Source of the DNA: Pseudogymnoascus verrucosus
Taxonomy: Eukaryota
Reading direction: 5' to 3' (one strand)
Assembly (NCBI GenBank): GCA_001662655.1
Contig: KV460207.1
DNA: 64,000 nucleotides
Both the position numbers and the translations under genes were made by a program. Position 1 is the stretch's first letter, and every line of letters begins with the position of its first letter. The notes beneath the pieces are model-generated. The model worked only from the letters and a program-made list of their open reading frames with translations. It did no database searches and was not told the DNA's origin. Of this stretch, positions 37,058 to 50,949 are shown one piece after another.

Positions 37058-40000
37058 GGCCGGTGCTCTGCGAGTATTGGTTTCTCTCGCCTTGGAAGCA
37101 CGGCGCTTTCCTTACCCTGCGCTGGTTTGCAGTGCCGCGTGGTGGGGAGCTGGGTTGTGTGCGGGGGCGGAGATTAGAGGGAAATGAGGAGATTGGGGGC
37201 GGCGTCGGCGTTGGATTGGGTTGGATGTGCAATGTGTGCTTGGTTACCGCTTTTGGTAGATTTAGGTCGGGGGGAGGCAATGGCCATGGTGGTTGATCCA
37301 TCTGGTCTAGATGCCGGGTGGGATAGGAAGCTCATCTAGAATGTCATCTGCATATCTCACTCATCTCATAAACCCAACCCATCGCAATTCCCCCTTGCTT
37401 GCGCCATGAATTCATTATTGCTCCTCGTCCTACCTCCCCCCCATGCATGCCGCTCTCCCCTTCTAGCGTCTCACCTCTCACAAATAACCTCTCATATCTC
37501 ACATACCCCATACTACCCTCCTCACATACTCGTCTGCCCCCTCCCCCGCACCCCCGTCCCGGAACCACAGCGACCCGGCGCGCCGCTCCGCGCGACATGG
37601 CACACACTACCCACTCCTACACTACTGCACTGTTGTAGCCGGCATGATGGGATGGACGACGCAGCTCGTATGGGCGTTCATGCGATGCAACGCTGTGTTT
37701 GGCATCTGGTGTGGGATCAGACGGGGGACCGTGCGGTGGGGGCGTGCGCCGCGCGGGGAAGGGAGGTGGTCATGTGATTGGGGTGGTCTGGGGTTTGAGG
37801 GAGGAGGGAGGGTAGAGCTGGGGACTGGGGATCAATACCGGCTAGTTGGGGTGGTGGGGATTATCGATTTAGTTGGGTTTGTTGGTGGCGGTTTGCTAGT
37901 TGGAGGTGTGAGTTATTAAACGCCTCTAGTTGGGGGTGAGTGATTGAGCGTCTCCGGTCGAGGTAATAGGTGCTGTGATTACTGTTGTTTGGGATAGCTC
38001 CTGTTCCGAGTTCTAGGCGGTACAGGTGCTGGGGAAGGTAGGGTCGTATTAGGGGGTCTGTGCAGTGATGGGATGTGTGGTCGGTCTGGATTATACTGTA
38101 GATATATCAGAATAGCGGCAGCAGCTCTTTGTTACAGTATGGATTTGGGCTGTGGGTAGGGGAGCATTTTACGCTATATTAGAGATCTGAGAGCGAGCTC
38201 CGTTGACGGCCTCATCAAGCCTATTCAACGTCCACGCCGCAGTGTCATTATCGGACATAGCGTCGCATCACATTAGGTGGGATTGGAGAGTATGTATGAT
38301 ATCTTCGTCCTCCTAGGAGCTTCGCGCTTCGTCTCTGTAGGATAATATATTTTACGGCCGTATATTTTATTCCCACGTTTTTATTATTATCAGGACCTCT
38401 TTCTGTTAATTAGTGGGAAGGAGAGCTGGGAATTTGGGATAGGGCAGGGTAGGGTATATGATTCAGTCGCCCGTGCCGCTCTCGAGGCCATTTTCATTCA
38501 AGATCGCCATCGCCAGCATCATCACCATTGATATCACAGCCACCACCACAATCACGACCACCCTCCACCCCGTCGATCCTCCCTCCCGTCTCCACTTAAC
38601 CCTCAACCCGCCGCCCGCCGTCACCGTATTAATCACGTGATCACAATACCTCTCTCCTCGCAACTCCCACGTTCACCATCCACCAAGATCTCCTCTCCCT
38701 CTCAGCTGCTCCTCCTCACCCATCCTCCAGGGTCCATTCAGCTCATCCCATCCACCCCATCCACCCCATCCCATCCCTCCCCAGTGGCTCGCCCGTACCT
38801 GCGCTCAGGCCGTCCCGTCTCTCCTCTCTCCCCAGCACCACGCATCCGCCACCAACACATCCACCAACACACATACACCCACGGGCAACACCGGGTAAAT
38901 ATCCAGAGCGGGGTCATGTGACCAGGATCAGGGATAGGTGGCGTGTGGTGGTGTGTTTTAGAAGTTGGGAAGGTGTACAGTATAGCACTAGTACGGTACA
39001 GTGCAGTATGGTACGTATGTCCTCCCATGTACCTGTGGAAAGGGGAGATGTGCTCCGGGGATAGGACCAATTAGATGGGGAAGGTGCGACGGGGGGTGGG
39101 GGGTGATTGGGTAAGGAGCGGCGGGGGGGCTTCTGGAATGGAAGGTTTTTGGGGAGTTCTGGAAGGTACCGGGGGGGGGTACGGGTGGTAAGGGTGGTAC
39201 TTTTGGGGATGGGGGGTACTTGGGGGAGGGATGGTGGTGGTGGTGAGGTGTTCTGGGTTTAGGGATTAGGAGGCTGTGAGTGGTTGGGTTAAGGGGATGG
39301 GTGAGTACACGTGTGTGGTGATGCTGGCCGGCCGGTGTTTTTCCATATTGCGGCGAGGATGGTAAGGGATGGTAAGCTGGCGATTTGACACGCGAGGGAG
39401 GCGTGGTGAGGGGGTATTCGGGAGAGGGATTGGATATTGGGAGGGTATATAGATTGCTGGTGCGTCGTGGTTGTTTGTTGGGTGAGGTTGTGGATGGAAT
39501 AATGTCTGGATAATAGGTGGAATTGGGATGGTTGGCGGTGGTGGTGTTGTGAGAACGCTACTGTTCTGTATAGTACTGTACCTGCGGTGCGACGTGCTTA
39601 CTTACTTTACTGTGTGGGTATATATCGATATCGTGCATTTATTGTTCTGTTCTGCTCCTTCCATTGTTCCCTTCTAGAGTATTGATATTGTCCCTTGCAG
39701 CAACTGTGGCGCTGGATAACAGCAGCTGAGCATGCTAGGATGGTATGAGTGAAGTGAGTCGTCTCTTGTCAGCCTTTTCTTTTCGTCTCGTCTCGTCTCG
39801 TGTCTTCTCTTCTTTTTCTGCCCTCTCCTGTCAGCTCCCTCTCTCAGCTCGTCAGGGCCAATTTCGGCAGTTGATGGTGATCTCGGGTTCTGGTTTCAGC
39901 GTGCGTGCGTGGGTTGGGTGTGGTAGTGGTAGTGGTAGTGGTGTTCGCTTTCTTTTTCTCAGCGCTGATCGCGGGAGTGTGGGATTTGGTTAGGGGGGAC

Positions 40001-41972
40001 AAGCTGACGACGGGGGGGTGATAATGATGCTAGGAGGAACACGTTTTGAGGTGGTATTGGTAGTGGGAATGTGGTAGTGTGAGCGTGCTGTAGTGGTTGA
40101 TCATCGTCGTCGTTCGCAGATGGGAGCTTGGTAGGAGTGCTAGGAGTGCTAGGACTGCTGGGACTGCTGGGAGTGATGCTAGGAGTGATGCTAGCAGTGA
40201 TGTTAGGACATGAGCATGCATCCAAGGGTACTTCTACCAACCACACCAATACCATACTATACTCTATGTACCCCCCATGCAGGCGACATGTACCTTCCAA
40301 TGCGGAGACACACCCTCCTGCTTTCTTTCCCTATACCACGCCGTATTTGCAATAGCGTCTTCTCTCCTATTGGCTGAAATCGTGGCTTGCATCGGTCACA
40401 GAGGACAAGACAAGAAGGAAACAAAAAGGACAAAGGAAAAAAAAAGGGTCAGACCATCCTAATGAAGTCTAGTATATGCTGTTTCTAGTCTAGTGTCTCT
40501 CATTCTTCCATTCTTCCCTTATTCATCCACCCCCTACTAGTTCTTCCTTCCCCCTCTATTCTTCCCCTGTCCCTGCTCATTTCTTCCACTTCTTCCACTT
40601 CTTCCATTTCTTCTCCTCCTTCAAATCACTTTATATCACTTTCTTTCGTTAATTAAATCCAGTTAGTCCGTTATTAGTTTATTAGCCTCGCTATTAGTCG
40701 CTTCTTAGTGGTTGGTTAGTTTGGTTAGTTCGTTCTTCCGTCCTTCTTGTCCTTCTTAGCCCTCTTCCTCCCTAGCCCTCTGTCATCCACTATCCATCCC
40801 CTCTAACCCCCTCTAACCCTCCTACTCTCTAACCCCCCTTCCTTCCCTCGTCCTTCCTCGTCCCTTAGTTCCCCATTTCTATCGTAAATCTAACAAGGAT
40901 GATGCTGTTACTTCCACTTCGAAGGGCTGCTAGTCTGCTAGTCTGCTACTTCAAATACTTCTCTACTTGTCTCTACTTATCACTGTCTTAAACATCTTGT
41001 ACCACCTACTGCATCATTCGTACTGTAATATACCCCGAACGCCTGTTAAACTCTCTCTGATTCCCGTACCACCTCTGTACCACTCTATTACACCCCGGTA
41101 TACTCTGACCTACTCTAGACTCGGTACTGTGGCCCGCACACGGTTGCGGGTGCGCTGCTATGTTTCGTTTTGTAACCCCCAATTCGCAAATTCGCCATTC
41201 ACAGGAGGGAGAAGACAGACTAGAACAGTACTACACGGACTAGAAACTGCGGTACGGCGGATACAGTAGTAGAAACAGAGAAACAGAGAAATAGACATCT
41301 CACTCTGACCTCTCTACCAAACTCTCTCTACCTAACCTCTTGCTCACCCAAGCCAGAGTGGGAAGGAACGAATCGTCCGCCCTCGCCGCCGCCTTCCCGC
41401 CCTTCCTGCCGCGCGCACTTTCCTACTTTGTTCCACACTCCCACCCTCGCACTTGCCGCCTGTATCACTCTTTCCCTCTCTCTTCCCAATCTCCCGGCTT
41501 GCGGTCCTGCTGTCTTCCTGTCTGTCTGTCTTGCCGTCACCCATTACGCAACTTTCTACCAACTTCCCTCCACATACACACCCTTACTCTACCCACCATC
41601 ACATCTCTTCTCGCGCCCATTGACAGACCAGACGTTGAAGAAGACACACTGAGGGATTGTCACGCACTCCAAACACTATCAACCACCCACTACACCTCTC
41701 TCCCCGCGCGGAATCCTCACCAATCCCACCGCGCGCGCCCAACCCACCGACAGGCTCATCGCCACTCACCCTCCGAGACACAATCACCACCACTCCTCCA
41801 CAACCCCACGCCCTCCCGAACAATCCCCACAGCGCATCAACGCACCCTCACCCACCCGCCACGTCGGCCAGCACCACCACCCCCCGGCGCGGCCCTCTCT
41901 GCGACCCGCGCGCGCGCGCGAGACTGAGGATCGAGGAGCCGAGCCGCCACGGCGACGGACGGGACGGCTGAG

Positions 41973-44900
41973 ATGGCCCCCTTGGACGCCGCGTGCAATG
42001 TGGTGTATATGGATCGGTCTGCGCGACGGGAGCGGATGGTGAGGAGGGGCGAGGCGATCGCGGAGGAAGCGAGGACGGGGGATGATGAGGAGGCGAATGA
42101 GGGCGCGAGGAGGCTGCAGGTTAATGTGCAGACGCTGTTGGAGACGTTTAGTACAGGTATGTGGGTGCTGGGAGATGTGGAGAGGCCCCTGGTTCTGTGT
42201 GATTCGTGATGTGTGATGAGATAGAGTTGTTGGCTGACTTTTGGGGGCGTGTAGTTTATGTGTGTCCGACTGGATTGAGTTGTTTGGCGCGCATCGCGAG
42301 ACTGAATAATGTGCCGACGGCGGGATTGGTGCCTACGGTGGTGCTGATTGATATACCTGAAGACGATGACGAGAACGAGCTGAGGATGTCACTGCCACAA
42401 CACGATGCTGGTATACTTCCGGAGGCTGATGGTCCTCCGAACATATATGGTTCGCAGCTACTACGGCAAATAGTTGCGGACGTGACGGAGATAGGGGTGG
42501 CCAGCATGGTGCTCCCAGTTGCTCTGATACGGAGGCGCATAGAAGCACCCACCAGTACGCCCAGGCCCATCACACCTATACGAACTATAGAAAATACACA
42601 AGCAAGCCATCCTCAGCCGCTTTCGGAGGATGTTGCATTGATGGAACTACAGCGAGATCAAGTATCCTACATGAAGTACATCGACCTTGGGGCTGTAGAT
42701 GTTCTGGAAAACCCGATTCGCCGGGAGACACTTCCCAGCCTCGCCATCCACATCTACCGCGTGCACAAGGAGTTCCTACAGCGTGGGGAGCATCTCACGG
42801 CTCCTACCCAAAAGCACCAGAGCCCTTGGCCTGGCGTCGCGACACCAGAGCCATTCGCCTACATGCGCGAGGTGATGGTTTGTGATCTCGCGGGTCAGAT
42901 CTGTGGCACGATTGTGGATCATCCCATCGATCCGGTGAAAATTGAAATTAGCAATTCGCGGAAACAAGCTATAGTCAAAGCTATATCGGAATGGGGTTTC
43001 TCAGCCCACGACCTTACAGAGGATGAATTGCTGCTAGCCACCGTGACGATGCTGGAACATGCGTTGTCGATAGACGGAATGGAGGAGTTGCGGTTACCCA
43101 AAGGTATGTTTAGATGCTTCGCCTCGGCTGAGGCGGCCTCCGGGCCGATGATGCTCCCTCCCGTGCAACCCGCATGCTGACTGACATTCGTTTGTAGATA
43201 AGCTGCTCAGGTTCGTCATCGCCAGCCGTAACGGATACAATGACTTTGTGCCATATCATAACTTCAAGCATGTTGTCGATGTTCTCCAGGCCGTCTTCCA
43301 TTTTCTTGTGCGCATCGGTACTTTGCCGCCCTTCCCCCAGGGGACGAGGGTAGAGACGGAGCCCACGACGAGGTTGGTAGGTATGCTAAGGCCGTTTGAG
43401 GCGCTAACGCTCCTAATTGCTGCAATTGGCCACGATATTGGGCATCCAGGCGTGAACAATATGTTCCTTACCCGGATCAACTCCCCTCTCGCGCGTTTGT
43501 ACAATGACAAATCGATCCTTGAATCATACCATGCGGCGTTTTACTGCAACATGCTGTCGAAGCTCTGGCCGGCTGTTGTCGAAAATGAGGAAATGAGGGA
43601 GTTGCTTACCAGCTGCATCCTGTCAACGGATATGGGGATCCATAAGGAGTATATGGAGAAGTTGACGTTTCTGAAAAAGACAATGGACGAGCTGCCCGAT
43701 AATAAGGAAGTGGGCGAGATGGAACTCAAAACATACCGCGAAATAGCGTGTAATATGCTGATCAAATGTGCTGACATCTCGAATGTGGTAAGTCATAATC
43801 TGCCTACCGTCTCTTTACAGCGACTGACAAGCATAGGCCCGACCCTACGCCTGCGCTGCCGTGTGGACCGACATCCTGACCAGCGAGTTCTCGCGCCAAT
43901 CCGACATGGAGACCCATCTCAATATCCCCTCGGCCCTCTTCTCCCCGCCTGCCCGTGACATGGTGGCCCTCGCCAAAAGTCAGACCGGCTTCATGTCATT
44001 CTTTGCGCTCCCGCTCTTCAGGGGCGTCGAGGAGCTCATGCCCACGCTGGACTTTTGCGCCTTGGAGATAGACCGCAACTTCGCGCACTGGACAGCGAAG
44101 TCGGAGGCGGCGAGGCATGAGCTTGCCCGAGCGTCGTTGGGAGCTAGGGACAGGCAGAGTGGGAACGATAGACCCGACAGCAGGAGCCCACCGGCCGCAG
44201 AGAGCAGCGCTGCGGGGGAGGCGAGGCGTCCGCGTCGTTGGGGTGGCCTACGGGGAGGTAGTGGAGCTGCCTTGGGTGATCTGTCGACGGGGAGCAGCGC
44301 GAGTACCGACCCTAGCGACGTAGACGGCATCGATATGCCGCCGCCGCTATCTCGAGGCCAGCAACCACAATCCAACAACAGCAGACCCAACTCGCGCCCC
44401 GTGACCTGGGACGAAGCCAGCGCCAGCTCGCGCCCGGCGACGAGCTCGAGCGCGCCCCGCGCCACCGCCCTCGGGATGCCCGACGCTGCGGGCGGGCAGG
44501 TGATGACGCACCGCCGCAGCGAGACGACGGACGGGAGCGCCGCCAGCGTGCCGGATAGTGGGGGGTGGGAGGGCAGCGCGCGGACGGCCGATAGCGGGAA
44601 GTCGGAGGAGAAGGCGGAGTGTATGAGCACGGCGCGGACGAGCGTTGAGAGTTCCTCTGGGATGAGGGGGGTTAATGGGGTGGTGAATGGCGGCGGCGCG
44701 AAGAGGAAGAGCCTCGTGGGGAGCGTGTCGACGCCGGATTTGCGCTCGGACTCGAAGGGAAGGATGAGGCGTGGCGATGAGGCGGGGAGGAGGGAGCGCG
44801 ATCAGCAACAGCGCAGGAAGGGGGAGAAGAGCGGCGGTGATAACAATAACGGCGTGTTTGCGTCTATGCGCGAGCTGACGAGGCGGCCGAGTCTGGGGAA

Positions 44901-45036
44901 GTTTAAGTTCTGGAAGAAGAGGGAGGCGGGTGGGGGTGGTGGGTTTGGGGGTGGGGGGATGCACCAGGTGCAGCCGCCGCCGATGCCGAATGTTATGGGG
45001 AGGAGGGGCAGGGAGGGGGGTGTGTCGGTTGGTTGA
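41973..45036 (+). CDS. PDE2: High-affinity class I 3',5'-cyclic nucleotide phosphodiesterase (PdeH/Pde2-like); 4 exons
   Basis: PYHNFKHVVDVLQA, AIGHDIGHPGVNN, LESYH, ILSTDM, LIKCADISN, EFSRQ; introns near 42158-42254, 43104-43197, 43788-43836. Confidence 0.92.
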
Positions 45037-46294
45037 TGACTTTGAGGTGGATGTCCAAATGGTGGGGGGGTTGTTTATATGGTGTGTGGTCCGGAGTGAC
45101 TGTAATATGTCTGGATGCCGGGCGTTTTCATGGCGCGCGAAGAACACACAGACGGCGTTTTTATTTTTTTGAACGTTGTGTTTGTGTTTGTTGAGCCCAC
45201 AACCACGACGACGAACTCCCCCCGCCTGCCGACTTCGACATTATTCTTTTATACCTTTTTTGTTTTTTTGGGGTGGGGGGAGAAAGAGATGGGAGATGGG
45301 CGGACAAAAGGAGAAATGAGCGAAAAGGGTGGGAAGGGTATATATGGTTAACGGACGGACGGATGTGGATATGGCTTTTATGGCGAAAAACCCCGAACTC
45401 TTACTTACTCGATTGATGATGATGGGGACGGTTTTTTTTATACACAAAACACAACGAGATGAGGGGGTTTTACAAAGGGAATGGTGTGGATTATGGTATA
45501 GGACATGACCTGACCGGAAGGGGGGGAAGGGGAAATCGACAGTTGGCGGCTATAAGGGGGGGAGAGGGTTGTACATAGGTTTTTTTCTACGCCCTGCCTG
45601 CTGTGGTTTTTCTCCTTCCCTCGACGTTCTGTTGTATTCCGGGTCGGGTGGCTTTAACTTCTAGTTTTTCTTTTTGTTTTTTTCTTCTGTCGATATTCTT
45701 TTTTAGAGGGGGGCTGGGGGGATAGGATGGGGGAACGGTATTCATAATTGCTGTTATGGATTTTGGGTTGGGGTTTGAAGGATTGGGAGGGGGCCATGGA
45801 TTAGGGGGGTTGGGGGAGTAGGGATCGGGGAAGGGGATAAAGGATAAGAGGGGGTAGGGGCGGAAGGGGTATTGATACCAGACAGACTATGAATGAATAG
45901 CAATTACATTACATCACATCAAGTTGATAGGCGTGCGTGCGTGCGTGTGTTGTGTTGTGAAGATACGAGACCACCTAACCTTCGCAGAATAGCAACGGCC
46001 GTCTTGGTCCTAGGATGATGCCTGTCTATCTATGTTCCATACACACACACATACCTCCTTCCTGAAGACGTTAATGGCATACGCACGGGTTTCGGTGTTG
46101 ATGCGCGACATATCTCTCGCTCTCATCCCTGTGATGGGAGGGAGTTGCGCAGGGGGGATCCGTTCGTGGATGTCGGGGTCGCCGGCTTTTTTTTTCGAGA
46201 AGGCGGGGGGATGTGTATGCGGATGCGGATGCAGGGTGGCGGGTTATTGGGGGGGTTAATTTCCTGTGCCTGGGTTTTTGGGATGGAGGTTTGT

Positions 46295-46452
46295 GGGGGG
46301 GGGGGCGCGGGGGTGGGGGGGGGGGGGGGGGGGGGGGGGGAGACGTGGGGGGGGGGTGGGGGGGGGGGGGGGGGGGGGGGTGGGGGGGGGGAGGGGGGGG
46401 GGGGGGGTGGTGGGGGGGGGGGGGTTGGGGAATTTTGGGGGGGGGGGGGGGG
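46295..46452. repeat. Very long poly-G low-complexity tract
   Basis: Interrupted G runs over about 160 bp, some longer than 20 nt; may be partly a sequencing artefact. Confidence 0.85.
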
Positions 46453-49260
46453 TATTTGGGGTGGCGGTGGTGGTGTGTGTGAAGGTAGTGTTTGTGTGGT
46501 GTGGTGTTTTCAGATGTGGTGATGTTGCTCCCCGATGGCTTTGGGGTGGGTGAGGACGGATCTATCGACATAGTAGGTGGTTTCTTCGTGGTGTCCTCAT
46601 CTGTGGTGATGTGTCTGTGGTGATGTGGCTCTTTGATGTTTGTCTTTTCTTCTTCTTCTTCTTCTTCTTCGTCTTCAAATTGTAAGAACGGGTCAAACGG
46701 CATTGATCAAACGGCACTGATTCACCTTTCTACGTGTCTCTTTCTGTCCCTATGTGTCTGTAACGACACAGGCAGCTCACACCGAGTATCGGGATCGTCG
46801 AAGGGGGGGGGGGGGGGTTTAGGGCATGCTGTGGGGTATGGTGAGGGATATGAAAGTTTTCCATTTGTTCTAGCGCGCACGTAGATGTTGATCTCTGCTC
46901 GGAGTGTGGCCGAGCGGATTGGGTCCGAGCACGGCGGTGCGGGTGTGGAGGGTGATGTTGCCACTGGGGACGAGGTTGTGGATGGGGGGTTGGAGTGGTG
47001 CGTGGGATTTGAAGATTGCTTTGGATTTAATAGTCACGCGGGCTTTGGTTATTCTGGTATGAGGACTCATACTTCATACTGGAACAGTGGAATAGTGCGG
47101 TCTGAGACGAATATATGGTGGTGGTGGGACAGCGCGAATACTCTGTTCTCATATGTTGCACAAAGCTGCAACCTTCACCATTCCACGAGACCACACCGAC
47201 AGACGCGGCCAGAGAAGTGACTCGGAACCTTCCGTCAAACTATCGATGTATGGGGAAGGTGATTGGGAAGGTGACGAGGAGGCGGCGGTAGTGGCGCCGA
47301 TGGCGGCGAGATATGATAATGCTAGCCGCTTGGACCTGTCCGAAATGGCTGTAGTTGATCCCTCGCTCGTTTTCTACCCCGGATTTTTGTTAGTAACGCT
47401 GCAGTCTTGCTTGTCTTTGATGGTTACTTGGTTTTAGTTGGAAAACGTGATCATTTTTGTCGGCTGGGATGGTGTGTGCTGTAGCTAGACGCGCGTTGCC
47501 CCTCTTATCCCCAATGTCATCCATCTTGCAACACGTTAGCCCAGTTTGTTTTAAATTACTTATTCGTAAGTTGAGAAACATTTTCATTTTTGTTGCTGGG
47601 ATTCTGCTGCTGCTAGCTCGTTCGCGGTGGAGGCTATCTACATAGCAAGTAAACATCATGTCGTAACGTAGCTGAAGGCATATGTTTGAAAGACCTCCTA
47701 AAATAAACCTGGGAGTGAGTGAGGCTTTGCGGCCCCCATCTCGAAGGATTCATATCCTACAATTATCACCAAGTTTTTGCTCGCGAATGGGGTAAACCAG
47801 CACCGAGACGTCATAAGAACAAGGTTGTTTATCCTGGTATTTAAGCTTTACCAAAGGAAAGTCTGGCGGAACCCGCTACTGTTGCACGTGTTGGAATAAA
47901 TGGAGGCAGCAACGCATGGATGATGTTCCAGCATTGGGATTGAGTTTATGTAATTGCTTATGGCTGTGAATGGTAATCGCATGACAATATCTAAATCCTA
48001 CGCTACCTACGAGCGGGCATGATCCCCATTACCAAGAGCAGCGTATCTCTTCTTTGATGCTTGTCATGTCAAGCCCCCTGATCCCAAAGGTCTTGGCTTG
48101 ATTCTTGCCATGGAAATGTTGCGTGTAGTGCCAATAGTTCCTCCTTTCTGGCCCTAGAATCCCTGCAACTCAATTGGGCCGCTGCATGCCATCGAATCCT
48201 CAACGGCACCATCCACCATCCCGCGCCTTAACGCTAAATCCTATGCCCACTAAACGCCTTGACACTAGAGTAGCATACCGCTGAATCAATCTCCACCGTT
48301 CCTCCTTCCTTGTTCCTGCTGCTGAATTGTCCTCAGCCCCGTACTAAGACAGGGCCCTTCGCTCTCCACACCCTCACTCACCCTCTCCCCGCACAAGGCT
48401 ATTAGGATCGTCCACGCTGACAACCTTGCATGGCCCAAACGGGTATTCTCAGAGGCATCTCATGCGAGCAAGCCTGACCCTTGCGACTTGCTGAAGTCCA
48501 AACAAAAGGACAGGGTGGCGCCTACAAGCTCTCTCACTGGCGCTACTTAGGTAACAATACGACGCCCCAGTTGGCAAGGGGGCGTGAATCAACCAATCGC
48601 ATAAAGTTCTCGTTTCTGATTCGGTTAAATTCAATGCTAGGCGCGATAGCGTGTTGCCAATCTATTCTTAATTTAGCCTCGCGGGACTCGCGGCTTACGA
48701 TCTGCAAGCCCGCTAAATGCTCCTGAATCCTTCGAGATCCTATTTCATGCGAAAGCTGGCAATAACAGCACCACTATGGCACGTCACTAATGGCTGTTTC
48801 CGTTGCTGGTCGCCCTCATTTCAGCCACTTACTGCATTTTTATTTTGGTCATTCCACTGCCATTATGCTTAAGCGTTAGGGTCCCTTGTTATTCGGGCTA
48901 CTGCTCCACCCACGAACCTTATAACTAACATCCTATAAGGAATGGATTTGCACACCACTGAAACTTGAGGATACAGGCTTCATATCGTCATGACGTTTTG
49001 GCTCACTTTGTGTTGTCTGTCATCCTGGCCGTCTCCCTGGCCGTCGCCTATCACCTGAGAATAGCTAATTTCGACAGCTCAACGACACTAGACGGGAATG
49101 GTAGGAGCAGCAATGGAGAATGCGAAGACAGAAGGAAGGGAAATGGGAGAGCAATATTCAGCTACGACTGGAGCATAAATAGAACCCTCATCGCCCGAAT
49201 TATTCTCATTATCCATCAGCCAATTCACCTTTCAAAACTCCAACGCCTCTACTTGCAATC

Positions 49261-50407
49261 ATGAAATCTTTTGTGGCTATCGCCGCCTTCGCGGCATCCA
49301 TGCCAGCTGTCCTGGCTGCTCCATCTGGCCAGGACCTCAAGGAAGTCAACGTCGTTATCCAGCGCCTCAAGGGGACCGCTGAGACTGACGTGGCTATTGT
49401 CGACAAAGAATCGTCTGAGGTTCTCGGATACGCCTGCTCCGACAAGCTCGACTCTGGTGCCTTTGCCAAGTTCCCAGTCTCTGCGGATATCAACGAATAC
49501 GGAGCTGGTACTATCACTCTCGGCACTACAAAGTACACAGTGCATGAAGACCCCAACGTCTCCGGTGGTGTGAGCTGCATGAAGATGTACGATGAACAGG
49601 AGATCTTTGTGACCTGCGCGGCCACTATCCCTGCCTCTCTCCAGTTGGCTCCATTGAGCGCCAGGGATAAGACGGACTGCTTTGCTAGCGGTAGTTCACC
49701 CATTTTGCAGAGCCTAGCGAACTCCATGTCTGCTCAAATCGCGACACCGAGCACCAAGCCGCGCTCTGTCGAGGATGCCCCACGCTCCCTCGAAGAACGC
49801 CAGGGAGCTTGCGGCACTTGGTCCAGCTACACTGCACTTGAAGGAGACGGAGACCCTCACCAGAACTACTACTTGAACCAACTCAGTGTGAGTCTTGATA
49901 TAAGTAGTGCTTCTCGATGCAAAGGTTAACAATGAATTAGGAAAACATTGAGTGCGGATCATCACCTAGCTGTGCTGTCGGGCACGAGGAGAGCAAGAGC
50001 TACACTATCGGATTCTCCGTTTCTGGAAGCATCGACTCGTGGATCGGCGGCGGTTTCGATGTTAGCGAGTCCTGGACAACCGGCAACGAGTACACCTGTT
50101 ACGGTGCTGCAGGCGATACCGTCTGTGTCTGGTACAAGACCGCGCTCACGGCTTACACAGTCAGAAACTACGACTATAACCAGTGCACGGGTGCATCCCC
50201 AAGAGGCACGGCAGTAATCAAGGTATGCCATCCCTCCCCGACCAACCCCCCCCCCAACTCCCCCCTTCACACGACAGCCTCACTGACCCTTCGAAGTCGC
50301 CAAACAATAATAATAAAGGTGGAAACTACTACTGTGTTATGGGATCTGCGTGCCGAAGCCAGGGAGAGGGATACTTCGACCTGAACGGCCGGGCTGGTGG
50401 CCCATGA
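49261..50407 (+). CDS. Secreted Cys-containing protein of unknown function; exons 49261-49887, 49941-50222, 50297-50407
   Basis: Signal MKSFVAIAAFAASMPAVLA; two phase-0 canonical introns give an open frame ending GEGYFDLNGRAGGP*. Confidence 0.88.
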
Positions 50408-50949
50408 TTGACTCAAATTATGAGAGGTTTCTTGTAGGATGTTTACTATAGATATATTTGTTAGCTTATTGCTTAGTTATGTGCTCAGAGAATATCACTT
50501 GAAATTATATTTGTATGCCTTAGATTGTCTGCATCATGTGCTCTTATCCTGTAATCCCACAAAATGTCCATCCTAATTACCCCTAAGCAGTGCACAGTCG
50601 ATGGACTAACAAAAATCTTTCTGTGTCCAAGGGTCCATTACCGGATGTATTGAAAGGATTAGCTACTTTATCGATACATGAAGAATAATCATAGGCGCAG
50701 TATTTATTTTCTAGGGGAAACCGTGAGGCGCAAGATCACGTAAAAATCGATTATAGGTAGCAGAGTTGCTCCACAGAGATCTTAAGAAGCCCCATAACTG
50801 CGTAACTGCGGGGGTTTGATCCCTTGCCAGGTCACTGATTGCACATCGAAGATGGGACAGCCCCATTGCCCGGGCCCTGCCGTGGCGGCCTTTCCCCCAA
50901 TCGACTTCGTTACATAGTGATATACGATAATGTAAGAATACTATGCAAG

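Noticed and set aside
41340..41927. 195-aa ORF upstream of the PDE
   Set aside because: Non-ATG start in C-rich low-complexity leader sequence; no coding signature.
46071..46703. Poly-Pro/poly-Gly ORFs across the poly-G tract; G-quadruplex idea
   Set aside because: The frames are open only because of homopolymer content. The sequence is likely unreliable and no domain is recognisable; a real minus-strand gene cannot be excluded.
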